From NCBI GenBank assembly GCA_013265495.1, contig MU057640.1, positions 2,071,405-2,135,404 on the forward strand: a stretch of DNA of 64,000 bases, in the 5' to 3' direction. This stretch comes from Vicugna vicugna (taxonomy: Eukaryota). The notes beneath the pieces are model-generated. The model was not told where the DNA came from and made no database searches. It saw only the letters and a list, made by a program, of their open reading frames with translations. This document shows, piece by piece, positions 24,095 to 37,409 of the stretch. Position 1 is the first letter of the stretch, and each line of letters starts with the position of its first letter. The position numbers and the translations under genes were made by a program.

Positions 24095-26945
24095 CATGAA
24101 AAGGTTTGGGGGTGGGTGGAGTGGGGGAAACAGGAGGAGAAGGGGGGAGCTGGCTGGCACAGCCCTCCCTCAGAATGGGACCCCCTGAGATCCAGCCCTA
24201 CTTCTTGCACTGAGAATGCACTTTGAAGATGGAAGGGGTGGAAGCAGGGCCCTTCTTCCCGTGTCCACCAGAGGGGCTGTGGCCGTCAGCTCTGGCTGTG
24301 TAGGGGAGGGAGGGGTGCGTGCATGTCCCCCCACCCCTCCTCAGTCTTCCTTGCCTTCAGGGTGACCCTGCAGAGTCACTCAGCCGAATCTGTCTGCTGC
24401 TCCCCCTCTGCCCCCCGGGGTCCCTCTGTTAGCCCTGAGTTCAGCCTTCCCAAACACCAGTGTTGGATGCTCTGTGGTTGACTTTGCTCCTCTTCCACAT
24501 TCCTCCCTGACACTCACGACTCAGAATCTCGTTGGTGTGAGATGCGTGCTCCTCCACGTCCTGAGCCCTTTGGTGTCAGCTGGGGACTGAAGGCAAGCTG
24601 CCCAGTGTCGGGCACAGGAATTGATGGAGGTGGGACCACCTGCCTGCACTTCCAGGAGCCCCACTTAATTATTTGAGCCAATGTTCAGTGGTCAGGGGTC
24701 GTGGACCTGTCTCCGTGAGAGCTGGGGGAAGGGAGGGAGTTAGGAAATACAGTCGAGTTGCAGTAAAGAGGGTAACAGAGTCTGTCTGTACTCATTCCTT
24801 TTGTAAACATTCAAATAAGGGCAGAAACCAGCACATGTTGACAGCACCCTTCTCCTACCTGGGCCCCAGACATAGTCAGACCAGGTTCTGATTCAAACAC
24901 ACGCTCATCCCAGGAAGAGTTCCTAGGGAGACTCACTGGTGCCAGTTCTGAAGCCCGAGATAGTTCCTTTATTTGTCCCTTTTGTCGTCTGATCTGTGTG
25001 TGTTCTTCCTTTCCCTTGAGCTTTCCTTCTGTCCCTGGAATGAGTGGACGCGGGGTTGTATGTGTGGTTGGGAGACATCTCTGTACTGCACCAGGACAGC
25101 ATGTGGGCGTGGGTCCTGGGCACTGGGAGCTGGGCCTGTGGTGAATCCTCATCCAGTCATCCATTCTGTGATGCCTTTGAAGTAAAACGGAGCCATCAGT
25201 AGAACCTTCCGTAAATGGGCATGGTGAGGTGATGATGTGTGTAAGAGGCCCAGTGAGCCCGATGTGCAGTGACCTTCAAGTCCCAAGCACTGGAGACCGG
25301 CCAAGGCCTCTTGTCTTCGTGCACGGACAGCCCCCTGTGCTGGGCTCTGGACCGTGAGCTGGGGTAGAAAGGACAACAGAGACCCACCCCAACTTTTCTG
25401 AAATTTGTTACCTTAACTAGAAGGTTAAGCTTCTTCTGGAGCGTTCTCACGTGTGTCTTTGCTGTTCCTCTTACCTGGAGCCTCCTGTGTCAAGTGTGAC
25501 CAGTTGTCTTCATGTGGGAGTAACAACTTGCCTGGGAGTCGAGCCCCCCTCCCCAAGCCGCTCGCCCTGTCGCTGCACTGTCCTTCATCCTGGAATATTT
25601 CTCTGGAGGCGCTGGAGGCCCCCTTTCAGGTTCCTTGTGTTTGCTGCCTGGATGCCAGGACAGGAGAGGTGACACTGGTGCGGGGGGTGGGGTGGATTTG
25701 GTCCCTCCTCTCTCTCTGACTCTGATAGATGCCCTGCCCTGAGGATGACCCAAGGAGTGACCGTGGTTTTCAAGTTGTTCCTGGTTTTATGAGCCGACTG
25801 GCAGGCACTTTAGCTCAAGGGCTTCACCTTATCTCGGGAGGGGAGGCACTGTTGGTTTTGTTGCCCAGGGTTTTGTTATTGAATCTCATCTCTCTGTCTC
25901 TCTGTCCAGCAAAGACAGTAGGTAAGAGGTGTTTTCCCCCCATCCCCCATTCTTCGGCTGGAAGGATAGGAAGTCTGAATCCCATCAGCAGTCCTGGCCA
26001 ACCAAGGGGCTTCTTCATTTCTGAAGGGGAGAGGGACGTGGTCTGTTCTGTGCCCTTCCCTCGGACTCTCCGTAGCCCTGAGGCCTAAGCCACCGAAATG
26101 TCTATAACCCTGGGCCCCACTGAACTGCCCTCTGGTGGATGCAGCCTACAGCGTGATCCAGACCACACTGGCTCAGTGCTCTGTGGTGTGAGGCAGGGGT
26201 TCTTCCTCTGCTCACTTTCTCCTTTTGGTCACTTTGTTAGATTGCAGCCATCTGTGTTGGAAGTGATAGTGTCGCTGATGTGGTGTAACCTGAGTAATGG
26301 CTACTTGCTGTTGAGTGAGAGGTTACACCCAGTTCTTCCTCATCCATATTTGGGGAAGAGATGGAAATGCTGCGGCTCTGCTAAGGACAGAATTTACCTG
26401 CAAGAGGCAGAAGCAGAGTTATTCTGAAGATTCTTCTGTGGGCTTCCATGAAGATGGAGGAGTTACCATCTCTCAGCTCCTTCAGACCAAGTCTCCAAGG
26501 GGCCCCTGCCTGCCACACTCTCTCCCTGTCGGGCAAGGCTAGGGTGGGGTGAGTATCCTACATAGTGACAGGTTTGGGTTGCTTTCTGTGCATTCATCTT
26601 CCCTCACCTCCAGGGTCGTGGGCAGGGTCAGAGCTTGGAGCGAGGGCCCAGCCTCTGCAGCGGCATGAGCTGGTAGTCCCTCCCCTTTCCTCAGACGCTT
26701 TCCCACCGCCCTTGGCCGGTGCTCCCTACGTGGAAGATGGTGGTAGGAAACAGAGACTGCCCTCTGCCCCTTCTCCTTGGCTCCCTCAGCTCCTCCCACT
26801 GATTCTACATAGGGCGATCCTCTGTCCTTGGGGATCCAGGACACTGCCAGGGGCTGAGTAGATGTCCCAGTTATCTTTGTATGTTACACCTAGAAGGTTT
26901 TGACAGATGCTCTTAGCATCATATCCTTCAGTATCCCTGAAAGTC

Positions 26946-26948
26946 TGG

Positions 26949-27000
<52 letters not shown>
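26946..27000. repeat. Compound trinucleotide microsatellite (TGA)n(TGG)n
   Basis: Seen directly. Confidence 0.95.
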
Positions 27001-27001
<1 letters not shown>

Positions 27002-29659
27002 CCTCACATTTGGACGGCTCAGAATAGTGCTCACCTTTCCTCCTGACCTTTACAAAATTACATCGTCTTCCTCCTGCATTTGATATACTTGCTGGTAGAC
27101 AAGGGATATGCTTAAAGTTGAAGATTCGAGTGAAGAGAAATGGAAAAGCTGCCTGGACTGATTGATTGCTGAGTCGGTACCAGGCTCTGAGACCTGAACA
27201 GATTGGCTCTATTCTCCACTGTGCTTTTGTTGTTTGACTTCAGGCTAGTCTCTTAGCCGCTCTCAGATTTCCTTCTTGTAAAAGCGACCATCACCTGCTT
27301 CCCTCACAAGGGCAAGAGAGTGTGTATCAGAGCAGGTCTGTGAAGCCTGTGGCTCCCTGCCAGCGACTAGGATGAACTGCTGAAGTTAACAGTGTGGTTC
27401 TCACCACCTTTGCCTCTGGGCGGTATGCCTACTATTTCTTCCTTAGGCTTGTGGAAGAGGGGTGCTGTGGAGTTGGCTTAGCATGACTAATGGGGGCTAC
27501 GGGCAGGCACATGCTCTTCTGCTGCATTTATGTAGCACCTGGTGTTTACAAGCATCCTTCCTAATTCCCCCACTTAACTAGTCAGGCCGAACATCCCTAC
27601 CATTAATGTCTTACAAAGGAGGGAATGGGAGGTGGGGAGCTGGAGGCAGCATCACAGTGACAGTTTGGGGGTCTGTCATTTCTTGGAGTCATTCCTAGAG
27701 TCTGATTTGTTTAGAGACCGGAATCACACCAGTGCCTGGAAGAATCTTTGGAAGGGGGTCTGCTGGCCCTTGAGACATGTCATGGTGTGGGGTTCCTCAC
27801 AAGGTCCCCTTTGCCTCAGGCTGCAGTTGCTCAGGGACACAACAAACACCCCAAGGGCACCCAGGCCTGACTTTGTGTTAACACTCTCGTCCACAGCCCT
27901 CCCCCCATTAGAGGCTCCTTCCCCCCACCCTCCCCCATGCGGAGGGAGACATACTCCTAACTCTTCAAATCACAGGGCAGCGGATCCTGAAGATTGGGTG
28001 GCTGTGAATGGTACCCTTCAGGGTTGAAAGATCCATCCACAGGCTCCTCCTGAATACAGAACCTTGACTTTCCCGCATGTGTTTCATGAAGCCTGTGCCT
28101 TTGACTCAGGTGTGTGAGGGCCCCATTGGGCAGGTCAGACACACCATTGCCTCTTGAAGGATTTGGGGGGAGAAGCAGGTGCTGCCACTTCTGTAGTGCC
28201 AGGCTTTTCCTGAGGGCTGTGCCAGACACTGGAACAGGGTCAAGGAGAGAGCAGCCCACAGCACCTTGTACGTGAACGTGGCAGCCTGAGTGGCTGGAAT
28301 CTGGTGATCTGAGCTGCCCACCTACTAGCTGTGTGAAGTTGCAGGCATCGCTCCCGCTGTCTGGACCTCTGAGCCCAACAACTGTGAACTGAGGATGATG
28401 CAACTTTCCCCCCCTGAAACACGAAGACTTTCTAGCTCGAAACGTGTGGTCCTGGGGCCCCAGGTCCCGCACTGGTAAGCCTCCCCTTGCTAGATTGCTT
28501 CTGTCTGTGGATAAATGTGTGCGTGTGGTTGGGGGTCAAAAACAGTCGAATGTTGGTGGTTTCATATGGTTTGACCTGCTGGATCCCCTGCCTCTCGCCT
28601 AGGGTTCAGGCCTGAGATGACGTCAAGCTGCAGTTACTGTGAGGAGCACAGTCCCACATCTCTCCCGTTGAACAGGTGGTTGTTATCTTAGGTAAGGAAT
28701 TCAGATTAGTAAAAATCCACATGGGAAGGGGAAACCCACTTCTACTGCCGGGGAGTCCTCAGTCCTGGGCTTTTCCCCGGCCCGGCCGCCTGGGTGCTCA
28801 CCACCTTAGGCATTGGCTTTGAAGGCAGGTGGTGGAAACTGGAGTCCTGGCTGATTAAGGCAATTAATGAGGCTGGGGGGGTCTACTTAGGCTGACCCAG
28901 CCCTGGGCTTCTGCTTGGCTGTGCAGACAACGTGAGCCTCTCACCCGCTTCTCAGACTGAGTATTTTCCATTTGTCCTGATGTGCTATTGACAGGCCCCA
29001 CCCCCTGCTTCGTCCATTTCTGGTCTTGGGCCTGGAAGCACCTGGCCTCCTTAGGCTGCTGGGTGAGCCCGCCTGATCTGTTCTTCCGAAGGTTAGGCTG
29101 CTCCTTGGTCTGGAGCCAGTGAGACTGGTCCTTCCCGATTCTTTCTGGCTGTGATTCCCTGCATCCCCTGCCTTTGGCCTTGTTTTGGGTCTTTTGTTCC
29201 TGACTGCAGCTAGAAATAGAGAAGAGCCTCGGGGCCCAGATGGTTTCCAGAGCCGAGAGCTTTTCCACACCTCTCTTTGTTTCTCTTGGAAACAGACTTG
29301 CCTTTCCCCTGACCCAGCCTCCCTCCTGATGGGTCTGACCCACCCTCCCTACAAACACCCACAGCCCAGTCTTACTACACTGATTGGCAGGCATGGATCT
29401 GATAACTGGATAAATGTATCAGGACAGCACGTGGAGTACAGTTCCTGAGGTTCAGAGACAAGCCTTTGCTGTTGGGATGAGTGGGGTGGACATCCAGGAG
29501 ACCTGAACCCAGAGGTCAGACTGGTTTAACCACAGCGGTCCTGGCGGATGCTGGCCCCTGTGGGTATGGCAGTCTTGCCGTACACTTCCTGAAGTCCAAG
29601 ACCAAGTTTCAGAAGAAGTATGTTGCCCACGTTCCTAAAATCCTTCACCCCTTTGCACC

Positions 29660-29862
29660 TGCTTTGACAGATCCTGACTTTATTTAAAGTTTGGATATTG
29701 TATTCATCATGGATTTTTCATTAATTTAAATTTTTAAATATGTTGTATTGAAATGTGATTTATCTTGATAACTGAGTTTTTTGGATGCCCCTCGCCCCTG
29801 CCTTGAATTTTACATGGAAGGTGAGTGCCTCACTCACTTTATCCTCGCCTCAGCCCAGCCTG
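29660..29862. mobile_element. MER96B-like hAT DNA transposon fragment in 3'UTR
   Basis: 'atttatcttgataactgagttttttggatgcccc...gaaggtgagtgcctcactcac...cagccc'. Confidence 0.6.
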
Positions 29863-30659
29863 CCCCTCACCCTGATCTGTGAGCAAGCGCAGGCAGAATA
29901 GTGAGGTGGATTTAGGGTTTTTTTCTTGTTGCCCTTCCCCTATGTCCTGAGTCAGGTGGTAGGTAGCTCTCTGGAAGTGTTTGCATTTAAATAGGAATGT
30001 GTTTACCCGACAATAGTGGGACACAAAGGACAGTTTTTGGCCTTGGACCTGTGACTGGAGTGACTTTTTCTTGGTGTCCTCTAGCTTTCTTTCTGCCTCT
30101 GAAACCCTGTAACCGCTTGGAGGGGTGTATGTGCTGTAAGGGAAAGGGAAGTGATTACAGTGGAGAGGATGCTTTAGAGTCTCATCTGAAACCTCCTTGG
30201 GACATCTCTGAATTTCCAGAGAAGCAAATAAATCATTCTGCCTCCCAGTTTCAGGAAGGACTGAAGAGGACGGAAGCATTCTGACTCCCTTGCATGCCCA
30301 GGGCGGCTTCGCTAGCGCTGTGCCTGGCCCTCAGTGACCTTCATAATACCGGTCACATCACCTCCATCTGTACCCTTTGTATCCTTTTCGCTATCATTAT
30401 GATGCTCTGTCTTTGTTTTACTTTCATCTTTTCTCTTTACCTCCAGTCCCAGAAGCCTCACTGGCTAGGGTTCTTTTCTTCATCACTCTCAGAATGGGGT
30501 GTGGGTTTATCCTGCCCTGGGAATGGGGGCTGACAATAAATTATATGAAAGCATTCCATTTCTCCTATGGGGGAGGTGCCATCCTAGACATTTACATTCT
30601 TTTCTCATCTTTTTTTAGACTCTCCGTCATCCTAGGGGGTGGGGTGGAGGTGAGGGGTA

Positions 30660-30770
30660 TTACCTTCATCTAAGGATGTGGAAACAGGCTCAGATGGTTA
30701 CGTGACACGCCCAAGGTGATGCGGCTAGGAGGTGGCGTTGCTGATCTGCTTAGCTCCAGAGCTGCCTCTC
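30660..30770 (-). mobile_element. MIR fragment in 3'UTR
   Basis: 'gatgtggaaacaggctcagatggttacgtgacacgcccaaggtgatgcggctagg'. Confidence 0.6.
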
Positions 30771-31874
30771 GTTTTCCTCTGAGTGTATTTTAGGCCACTG
30801 TTTAGAAGCTTTGGGATAAAATCAGCCTAGCTTTGGTCCACTGAGGCTTTGAAGTGGCTCTTTGTCCAAGGATGAGTTGTCCTACGGCTAACCCATCATC
30901 TGCCTTTGTGACTGGAGGCTCCCAGCGGGACTGGCAGCTGCCCCAGGGCTCAGCCAGCTGCCTCTCTGCCTGGCTGCTTCCTGTGCCACCATTTCCCCCA
31001 TGATCGTTCAGGGACCTGTCCCACGTGAGAGCTGAACATGTCAATCCTGTAGCTCTTCCCAGGACCACCGAAGGCCTGTGGGTCTCTCCACTCTGTTTCC
31101 AGCCCACAGCTGCCCCATTACTGCTCTTTGCCGCAGCTTCAACCCATGTCCCTCCCAGTCTCAAGTTAGGAAGCCTTGACTGTAGCTTCTCTGTGGGAAC
31201 TTGAAATTGGGCTTTTGTCTTTTTATTGTATCGAGCTGTATGCCCTTGGTATCCAGTTGTAGCAAAGAAGGGAGGTGATGATCTTGTCAGCTTTCTCCTC
31301 TAATCTTTCTCACTACCCACCCTAAACACACACACGCGCATGCACACGCACACTCGTGCTTATGCTCACAGACGCATGCACACACACTCACACAGATTTA
31401 GTCTGAGACTGTATCAGTACCTTCTAGAAGGTTAAGGAAAGGAGCCGGAGGTGGGTTTTACTTAATTCGCAGAAAAGATTTCTTTGGGATTTTCCTCCCC
31501 TTTAGAGTCTTTGAGTCTAGGTAAAGTGAAGTTCACACACATGCTGGTTTTGTTCCTCAGTAATTAGCCACGAGTTTCCCTCCCTAGGCCTTCCCTGCTC
31601 CCGTGTCTTGTCCACGTGTGCTGACCTCATGTCCTTGAATTCCCATTTTGCTTTGGGATTTAAGTTATTGTAATTTGTCAACAATATTTAAAAGTAGGAA
31701 AGTCCTGAAGGAAACTTACCAGGGTCTTTTCTTTGGCTTTTTTTTTTTTCAAGGTACTGTAAATTGTTCACTAGGGACGCCAAGCAGGCTTGGTTCAATG
31801 GCTAAACCTCTTATCGTATTACAGTGTAATGCTGATCTCAGCCTGGTCTCACCACCAGAGCACACACAGACTTG

Positions 31875-31880
31875 AATAAA
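31875..31880 (+). terminator. Probable main polyadenylation signal of MAP3K9
   Basis: AATAAA with several upstream TGTA motifs and downstream 'ttctggtttgctgcggtgctttgt'. Confidence 0.7.
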
Positions 31881-33234
31881 ACTGTTGCAACAATGACTTC
31901 TGGTTTGCTGCGGTGCTTTGTAGACTTGTCCTTTCCCCTCTTTCCTTTGTAATTATACAAGATGTCAAGTAACAGTTTCTAGGGAGTTTACATGTGTAGG
32001 GATAAGATAACTGGAGAGAGAGATGGATACGATGCAGGAAAGAAGAGGTGGTGGGGAGCCTCTCTGGAGGTCCTAGAGCCTGGACCACAGGGGCCTTTGT
32101 GAAGCATAGCTCTGGCCGGCAGGAGGGTCAGTCTCTTCTCACAGCTGACTTTCCCTCAGGTCATGGATTTTGGCTTTCAGAGCGCCCAGCAGGTGTGTGC
32201 TGTCTCTCACTCCCTGTCCATATCCACCTTGACATTCCTGGTGAAGCTGTGAATGCGGCTAAGAGGACAAACACACGTGGAGTTGTACACTTGTGGACAA
32301 GATTTGCCAGCCATGAGCCCTGGGTTCCTCATGGTCTTGATACTCTAAATGGCGCTTGCCAGCTGTGTGACCGTGGGCCAGCCACTTAATCTCTCTGGGT
32401 CTCTTCTGGAGTGAGCTGATCACAAAGCAGCCTTTGTGCTCTCACTTTCCATGAGTGTGTTGGATGGGGATGACAGTGAAAGCGGACAGGGGAATCTTGT
32501 TTGGGGCCATTCTTTATTACTTTTGTCCACTATGTCATCAGTCAGCTGCATGTGGAAAAGTGGCTTCTGCAACTTCTGTATTGACCCCCTCAAGCTTTAA
32601 TGCCGTGACCTTTCACTCCCTCCATTCCTCTTAGCCTCTCCCTCTGCAACCCAAGGAGAAGGAGGGGGAGGTTGCTGAATGCTTAGACAGTGAGGAGAGA
32701 GATGACCTTGTACTGAACTTCAGAGTAGGACTGACCAGGGCCACCTAACCTTTGTAAGGCTGACTGGGCAAAGATTGAAAAATCGGCCCAATTCCCTGCT
32801 GGAGAAGATGCCATGAGAGGCATATATATATATATATATAAATTGCTCCATGTTTCTGCAAAGCAGTTTGGCCATATGGCATTAATTTTGTAACAAGGGC
32901 CCAGAAAGTTCATCCAGTAATAACTGGCTGTAACGTGCCAAGCCTCTCTCTGAGACTTGACCTGCATTATCTCATTGACAACATCTCAACATCCTTAAGA
33001 GTAGAGCCCATTCTCTCCATTTTACACCGAGAAGAGTGAAGATCAGAGTCAACTAACAGGAGCAAGGCCACAGAACTATCAAAGTGCAGCTGGGACTTCT
33101 CCGATTCCAGCATCTGCACTCACATCGTAAGAATGAGTCAGATGCAAAGACTTGTTTACCATTCACCCCGACACTATTTGCAGGAGGGTTCTCATGACTA
33201 CAAATGATCCAAGCAAGATTTTAGGGGGTCTACC

Positions 33235-33729
33235 TGTGAACGAAAAATCCTGCAAACCATATCAGTAAACAAAGAATGCTGAAGCCATCAAGTCATCAAT
33301 GGCTGCCATCAGCCCCCCACCCCAGTGAAGACAAGCCTGCAGCCCAGCCTCTGCAGCCACTCACAATGGTGCACTCTGAGGGGGCTCAGAATAAGAAAGG
33401 ACAGGATACTGGCCCAAGATAGCTAGGTGCTTGTCAAAGGAATGAATTCAGCGAGCCCAAATGTTTGCTTCTTCCCATGCACAGAAAAGCACTAAATTCT
33501 TCAACTTGAGATGTCTGGTTTTCTTTAGTTAACTAGTAATCTTTTAATGTTCCAACTACCTGGTCTTTGTTGTAGAGCTCCTATATATCCTAGCTCCTCC
33601 CCTACCTCTTCAGAGCAGTCCCTCAGAGGGATCTCTTAGAGGCTGTCATCCTGGGCTGAGTCCTCAGAATTGTCCACCAAATAAAACATAACTCTCAACT
33701 TGCAGGTTGTGCATTTGTTTCAGTCGACA
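33235..33729 (+). mobile_element. Solo ERV1 LTR (MER41-like)
   Basis: TG...CA ends ('tgtgaacg'...'cagtcgaca'), TATA-like 'ctatatat' near 33581, AATAAA 33680-33685, U5 'actctcaacttgcaggttgtgcatttgtttcagtcgaca'. Confidence 0.8.
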
Positions 33730-33887
33730 ACCTCTACCCTCCTCAGTCAACATGGAATCTGAGAACATGAGAGCATGAAGCCTCTCTTTACAGATTAGAA
33801 ACAGTCTAAGTGCTTGGCAACAGGGAGTTGCTTCAACTTTGCATCTTTCTTTGCAAGGCATTTGTCTATTTAATTTAGCACCCCACC

Positions 33888-33972
33888 TTTTTTTCTAATG
33901 GAGGTACTGGGGATTGAACCCAGGACCTCATGCATGTTAAGCATGGACTCTACCTCTGAGCTATTACCACCC
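33888..33972 (-). mobile_element. tRNA-derived SINE (vic-1-like)
   Basis: 'gaggtactggggattgaacccaggacctcatgcatgttaagcatggactctacctctgagctat' is the reverse complement of the SINE head. Confidence 0.85.
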
Positions 33973-35530
33973 ACCCACCCCACACACACATTTACCGAAT
34001 TTCTTCTATGTGCCAGGTGCCAGCTGGACACGAGATTCACAGCTTGTTCAGGGAGAGCCCTATTCTCCAAGAGTTTATGGTCTGCTGGGAGAGACTGAGA
34101 TATATAGAACTCTGTTTAATGTGGTCAGTGCTGTGATGGTGGATTGATGTTAGCCTGAGCTGGGCCTTCAGAGACTTCATGACTCAACATGTGAATTGAG
34201 TCCTAGGGGATGGAGGAGCACAAAGGCTCAAAGGCATGAGATGCCTTCCTCTCACACCAAGCAGCACATGTCTGTCTCTTCCTTGTGTGAAAATGACCCC
34301 TGGTGCTGTTTCACTGTTGCTTCCTCTCTCTGGTTTTATCATACAACCATATGTGATGCTATGTAGTGATTAAAATTAGATCGTTCAAGAATAATTAAGG
34401 AAATAGGAAACTATTCAAAAGTTAAAAGGCGGGATACAAAAAATTTCAAGAATAACTTGATTCCAATTATATACAGAAAATATATTTCCTTTCCTTTCCA
34501 TCTTTTTAAGAATTACACACCTGATAGGCATAAAAAAGATGGAAAGACAGTTACTGATTTCTTTATGGATAGGTATTCTGGATGATCTAAAAATGTTCTT
34601 TACTCTTTCAAGAATTTTTTTTTTAAACAATGAATATGTGTTACTTTTACAGTCAGCCAAACAATGGTGAATACAGTAGTTTGGGAGTTCTTTCTCATAC
34701 CAGGTCTCTCTGCAGATGTTCCAGAGACCACTTGCTTCAAAGCTGCCCCCTTTGTCCCAAGCAGTACAACAAGGGGACTCCAGAAGCCCTGCCCTTGGAA
34801 GGTAGGTTGGGGGCCAGAGCCAGCTTCCTGGTCCTACTGGAATCTCTTCCTTACCCCTTTCATCTCTTTCTCGCATTGAGACATGGTGTTGGAATGGTGA
34901 GCCCCCTGCACAATGCACGCAGAACCTGGTGAGGATACATGTACGTAGAAAATTCTAAGAGAAGAGGCACATGGAGGGCTCCTAGAGGGCAGAGCTGGTT
35001 GGGAATGTCAGGTCCTGGGCAGGCATGCAATGCACTACAACACATGCAAACACCCCTCCGTGTAAGAGGCTGGGCTGGGCCTAGGTTCACCACACCCTGT
35101 TCACTTGACTATGGAATGTGCTTCATTCGAGTCTGGGATGGATGTGCTAATCCTCTGAGCCCTCCCGTCCCCACCCGATCTGGTCCGACCAGCTCCAGTT
35201 GGAGAACTGTTTTGGCAGAGGAGGTGGGCATCTGCTGCTGGGCCCTGCCCCTCCTCTCAGATGCTGGTCATACTGCAGCCACTCAATCAGGAGGGCCTCC
35301 TGTGCCATCTCAATGGTGGACACTGGAGACCTCTTTGTGATAAGGGGGGGAAAGGAAAGGTTGGGAAGGAAGATCAGCCCTGGGAAATATGCTTGTGGAA
35401 CACAGGTCTGATCACATTACACCCCAGTGTCTGCAGGAAAAGATCCAGATTCCTTAACATGGCCTTAAGGGCCCTTCATGATTGGTCCCTAATCTATCTT
35501 CCCAATCTCTTACCACAATTTCCCTGCCCC

Positions 35531-36025
35531 TGTTGCTGCAAAACCAGCCTCTGTATCCACAAAAGCCAGATTGAGACTCGGAGGCAGAGTTTTGGGAGAA
35601 TCAGAAAGGAATCACTTTATTCCTTTGGAAAAGGGGAGTCACAGCAGGCTAGTGCCTTAGAGACTTTGAATCCATCTTGGGGTTGGGATGTTGAGATTTT
35701 ATAGAAAAACTGGATGGAACAGAGAAGGCGATACAATCAGGGAGTTTTACAGGGTTCTGCGTTCCTCTTAACCTCAATGAATCTTCCTGGCATCCCGGAG
35801 GAACTCTGTATAGATCTGTCCATTCTTCTGAGATTTTTCAGCCCACGACCTCCTTCCTGGAGCACAGCCTCTGGGTTGAAGCTATTCTTGATATATAAGA
35901 ATGTATAGGGAAGGGAGAGGGTAAAGGGGGAAAGTTTGGGGGCTGTTTAGCACAGAAAACAAGGGAGGAAAAGAGCGAGTTGCAGGATGTCTTAGTCAGA
36001 ATGAATCAGAAACAGTTTTAACATC
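35531..36025 (-). mobile_element. ERV1-class LTR (end approximate)
   Basis: 'tgttgctgcaaaaccagcc...gagactcggaggcagagttttgggaga...actttattcc' (antisense AATAAA). Confidence 0.55.
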
Positions 36026-37409
36026 AGGGAGTTTGTTTGTTTCCTACCCTTCTCCCCCAGCCCTTCCCCACACCTAAGACTGTACCCTTCCCTGTTTCCT
36101 GTAAGGCTTGATCTTCCAGGAACAGAGCCCTCCTGCTTGAAGATGGTTATCTTCGTCATGAGCAGATGCTCTGTTTCCTACCCAGGTGTCAAAGCTGTTA
36201 CCTAGTTAAGCAGTTGACAAATTAAGTGGTCAAATTTGGGTTGGGGGTCGGGGGAAGGCAAGGGAGAATTGGACGAGAGAAAGAGGGAAAGAGGAGAAAG
36301 GAATACAGACCAGATTCTGCCCCTAGATGGTCACAGTCTCCTTGGTGAGACCAAATATGCCAGGATGCACTGATGGGGCTTACTGCATAGTGACTCCTGC
36401 AGACAAAGGCAGTCTGTCCTGAGGACCATGGCAAGCGACGGGAGGCCAGTTAAAGAAATGCTGACTCCCACCTTGTTCTGTGCTGTACCAACCTGAAAAG
36501 AGAAGAATTGTCCCTGTGATAAATACATACTGAGGACCTACTCTGGTCTGGGATGCTGGAGGACTGGCAAATTCCAGGCAGGTCAATGAGTGACGCATTT
36601 TTATGACAAAAAGATGCAGTAGTGGAGGGGCTCTGACAAATCCGAGCCACGGCCCATCTAAAAGCATCCGTTGAAAAAAAAAAAACATGTAAATGTTAAC
36701 ACATCCCCTCTGTGTTTTAAACCCCTGAGAGTGCATGAGACAGAGTGGCTGCTCCCATTTTGGAGTTTACCATCTAGTGGGAAAATCAGGTGAGGCAACA
36801 GACAGTCAAGGCACTATGGGAATACGTATACTGTTTCTCTCTCTATGTATATATGGAGAGGAAGAGGGAGAAATGGAGTCACAGGGAGGGAGAGAGAGGC
36901 AGGGAGAGAGAATGAGAGGTGGGAACTGATGTCTAAATTGAGATCTGAAAGATGAGTACGCTGAAATAGTGATTTGGATGGTGAAGGTTAAGAGATAAAG
37001 GGAATTCTTGTCCTCTGCCAGGTTGCTTATCTTGCATTCCTCGTCTCAGGGGTACTTTGTTCTTGTATCTTTCTTTATCATAGTGTTAAGGTTAGGTGAT
37101 AACTGGGAGAGAAAAAGAAAAGACACATTGTAGACTAGAGGGAGGTGGAGTGGGTGCTTCCAGCTGGGTTCCCACCTGGCTCTTCAGTCTGTGCCCCCCC
37201 ACCCCACCCCAGGGTGGGGAAAGAGTCTGTCTCTAAAGAGACTCTCTATGAGGAATCCGAAGAGGGTGCCAGCAATGGGAATAACATATGGGGTGAGGGG
37301 TTTAGGAGATGGGCTCTGGGCATGGAGGTCTTTTTCTTGACCCTATTTCTGAGCAAATGGTATTAATGACCAGTTATAACAGCCCCTCTCTCCTTCCTCC
37401 TGCAGCCCA

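Larger units (their letters stand above)
24095..31900 (+). other. MAP3K9: MAP3K9 long 3'UTR (~7.8 kb, end approximate)
   Basis: No young repeats; AU-rich terminal block 31620-31880 with AATAAA followed by GU-rich sequence; human MAP3K9 recalled to have a multi-kb 3'UTR. Confidence 0.7.

Noticed and set aside
26786..27034. Poly-histidine ORF on the minus strand
   Set aside because: Simply the translation of the (TGA)n(TGG)n microsatellite
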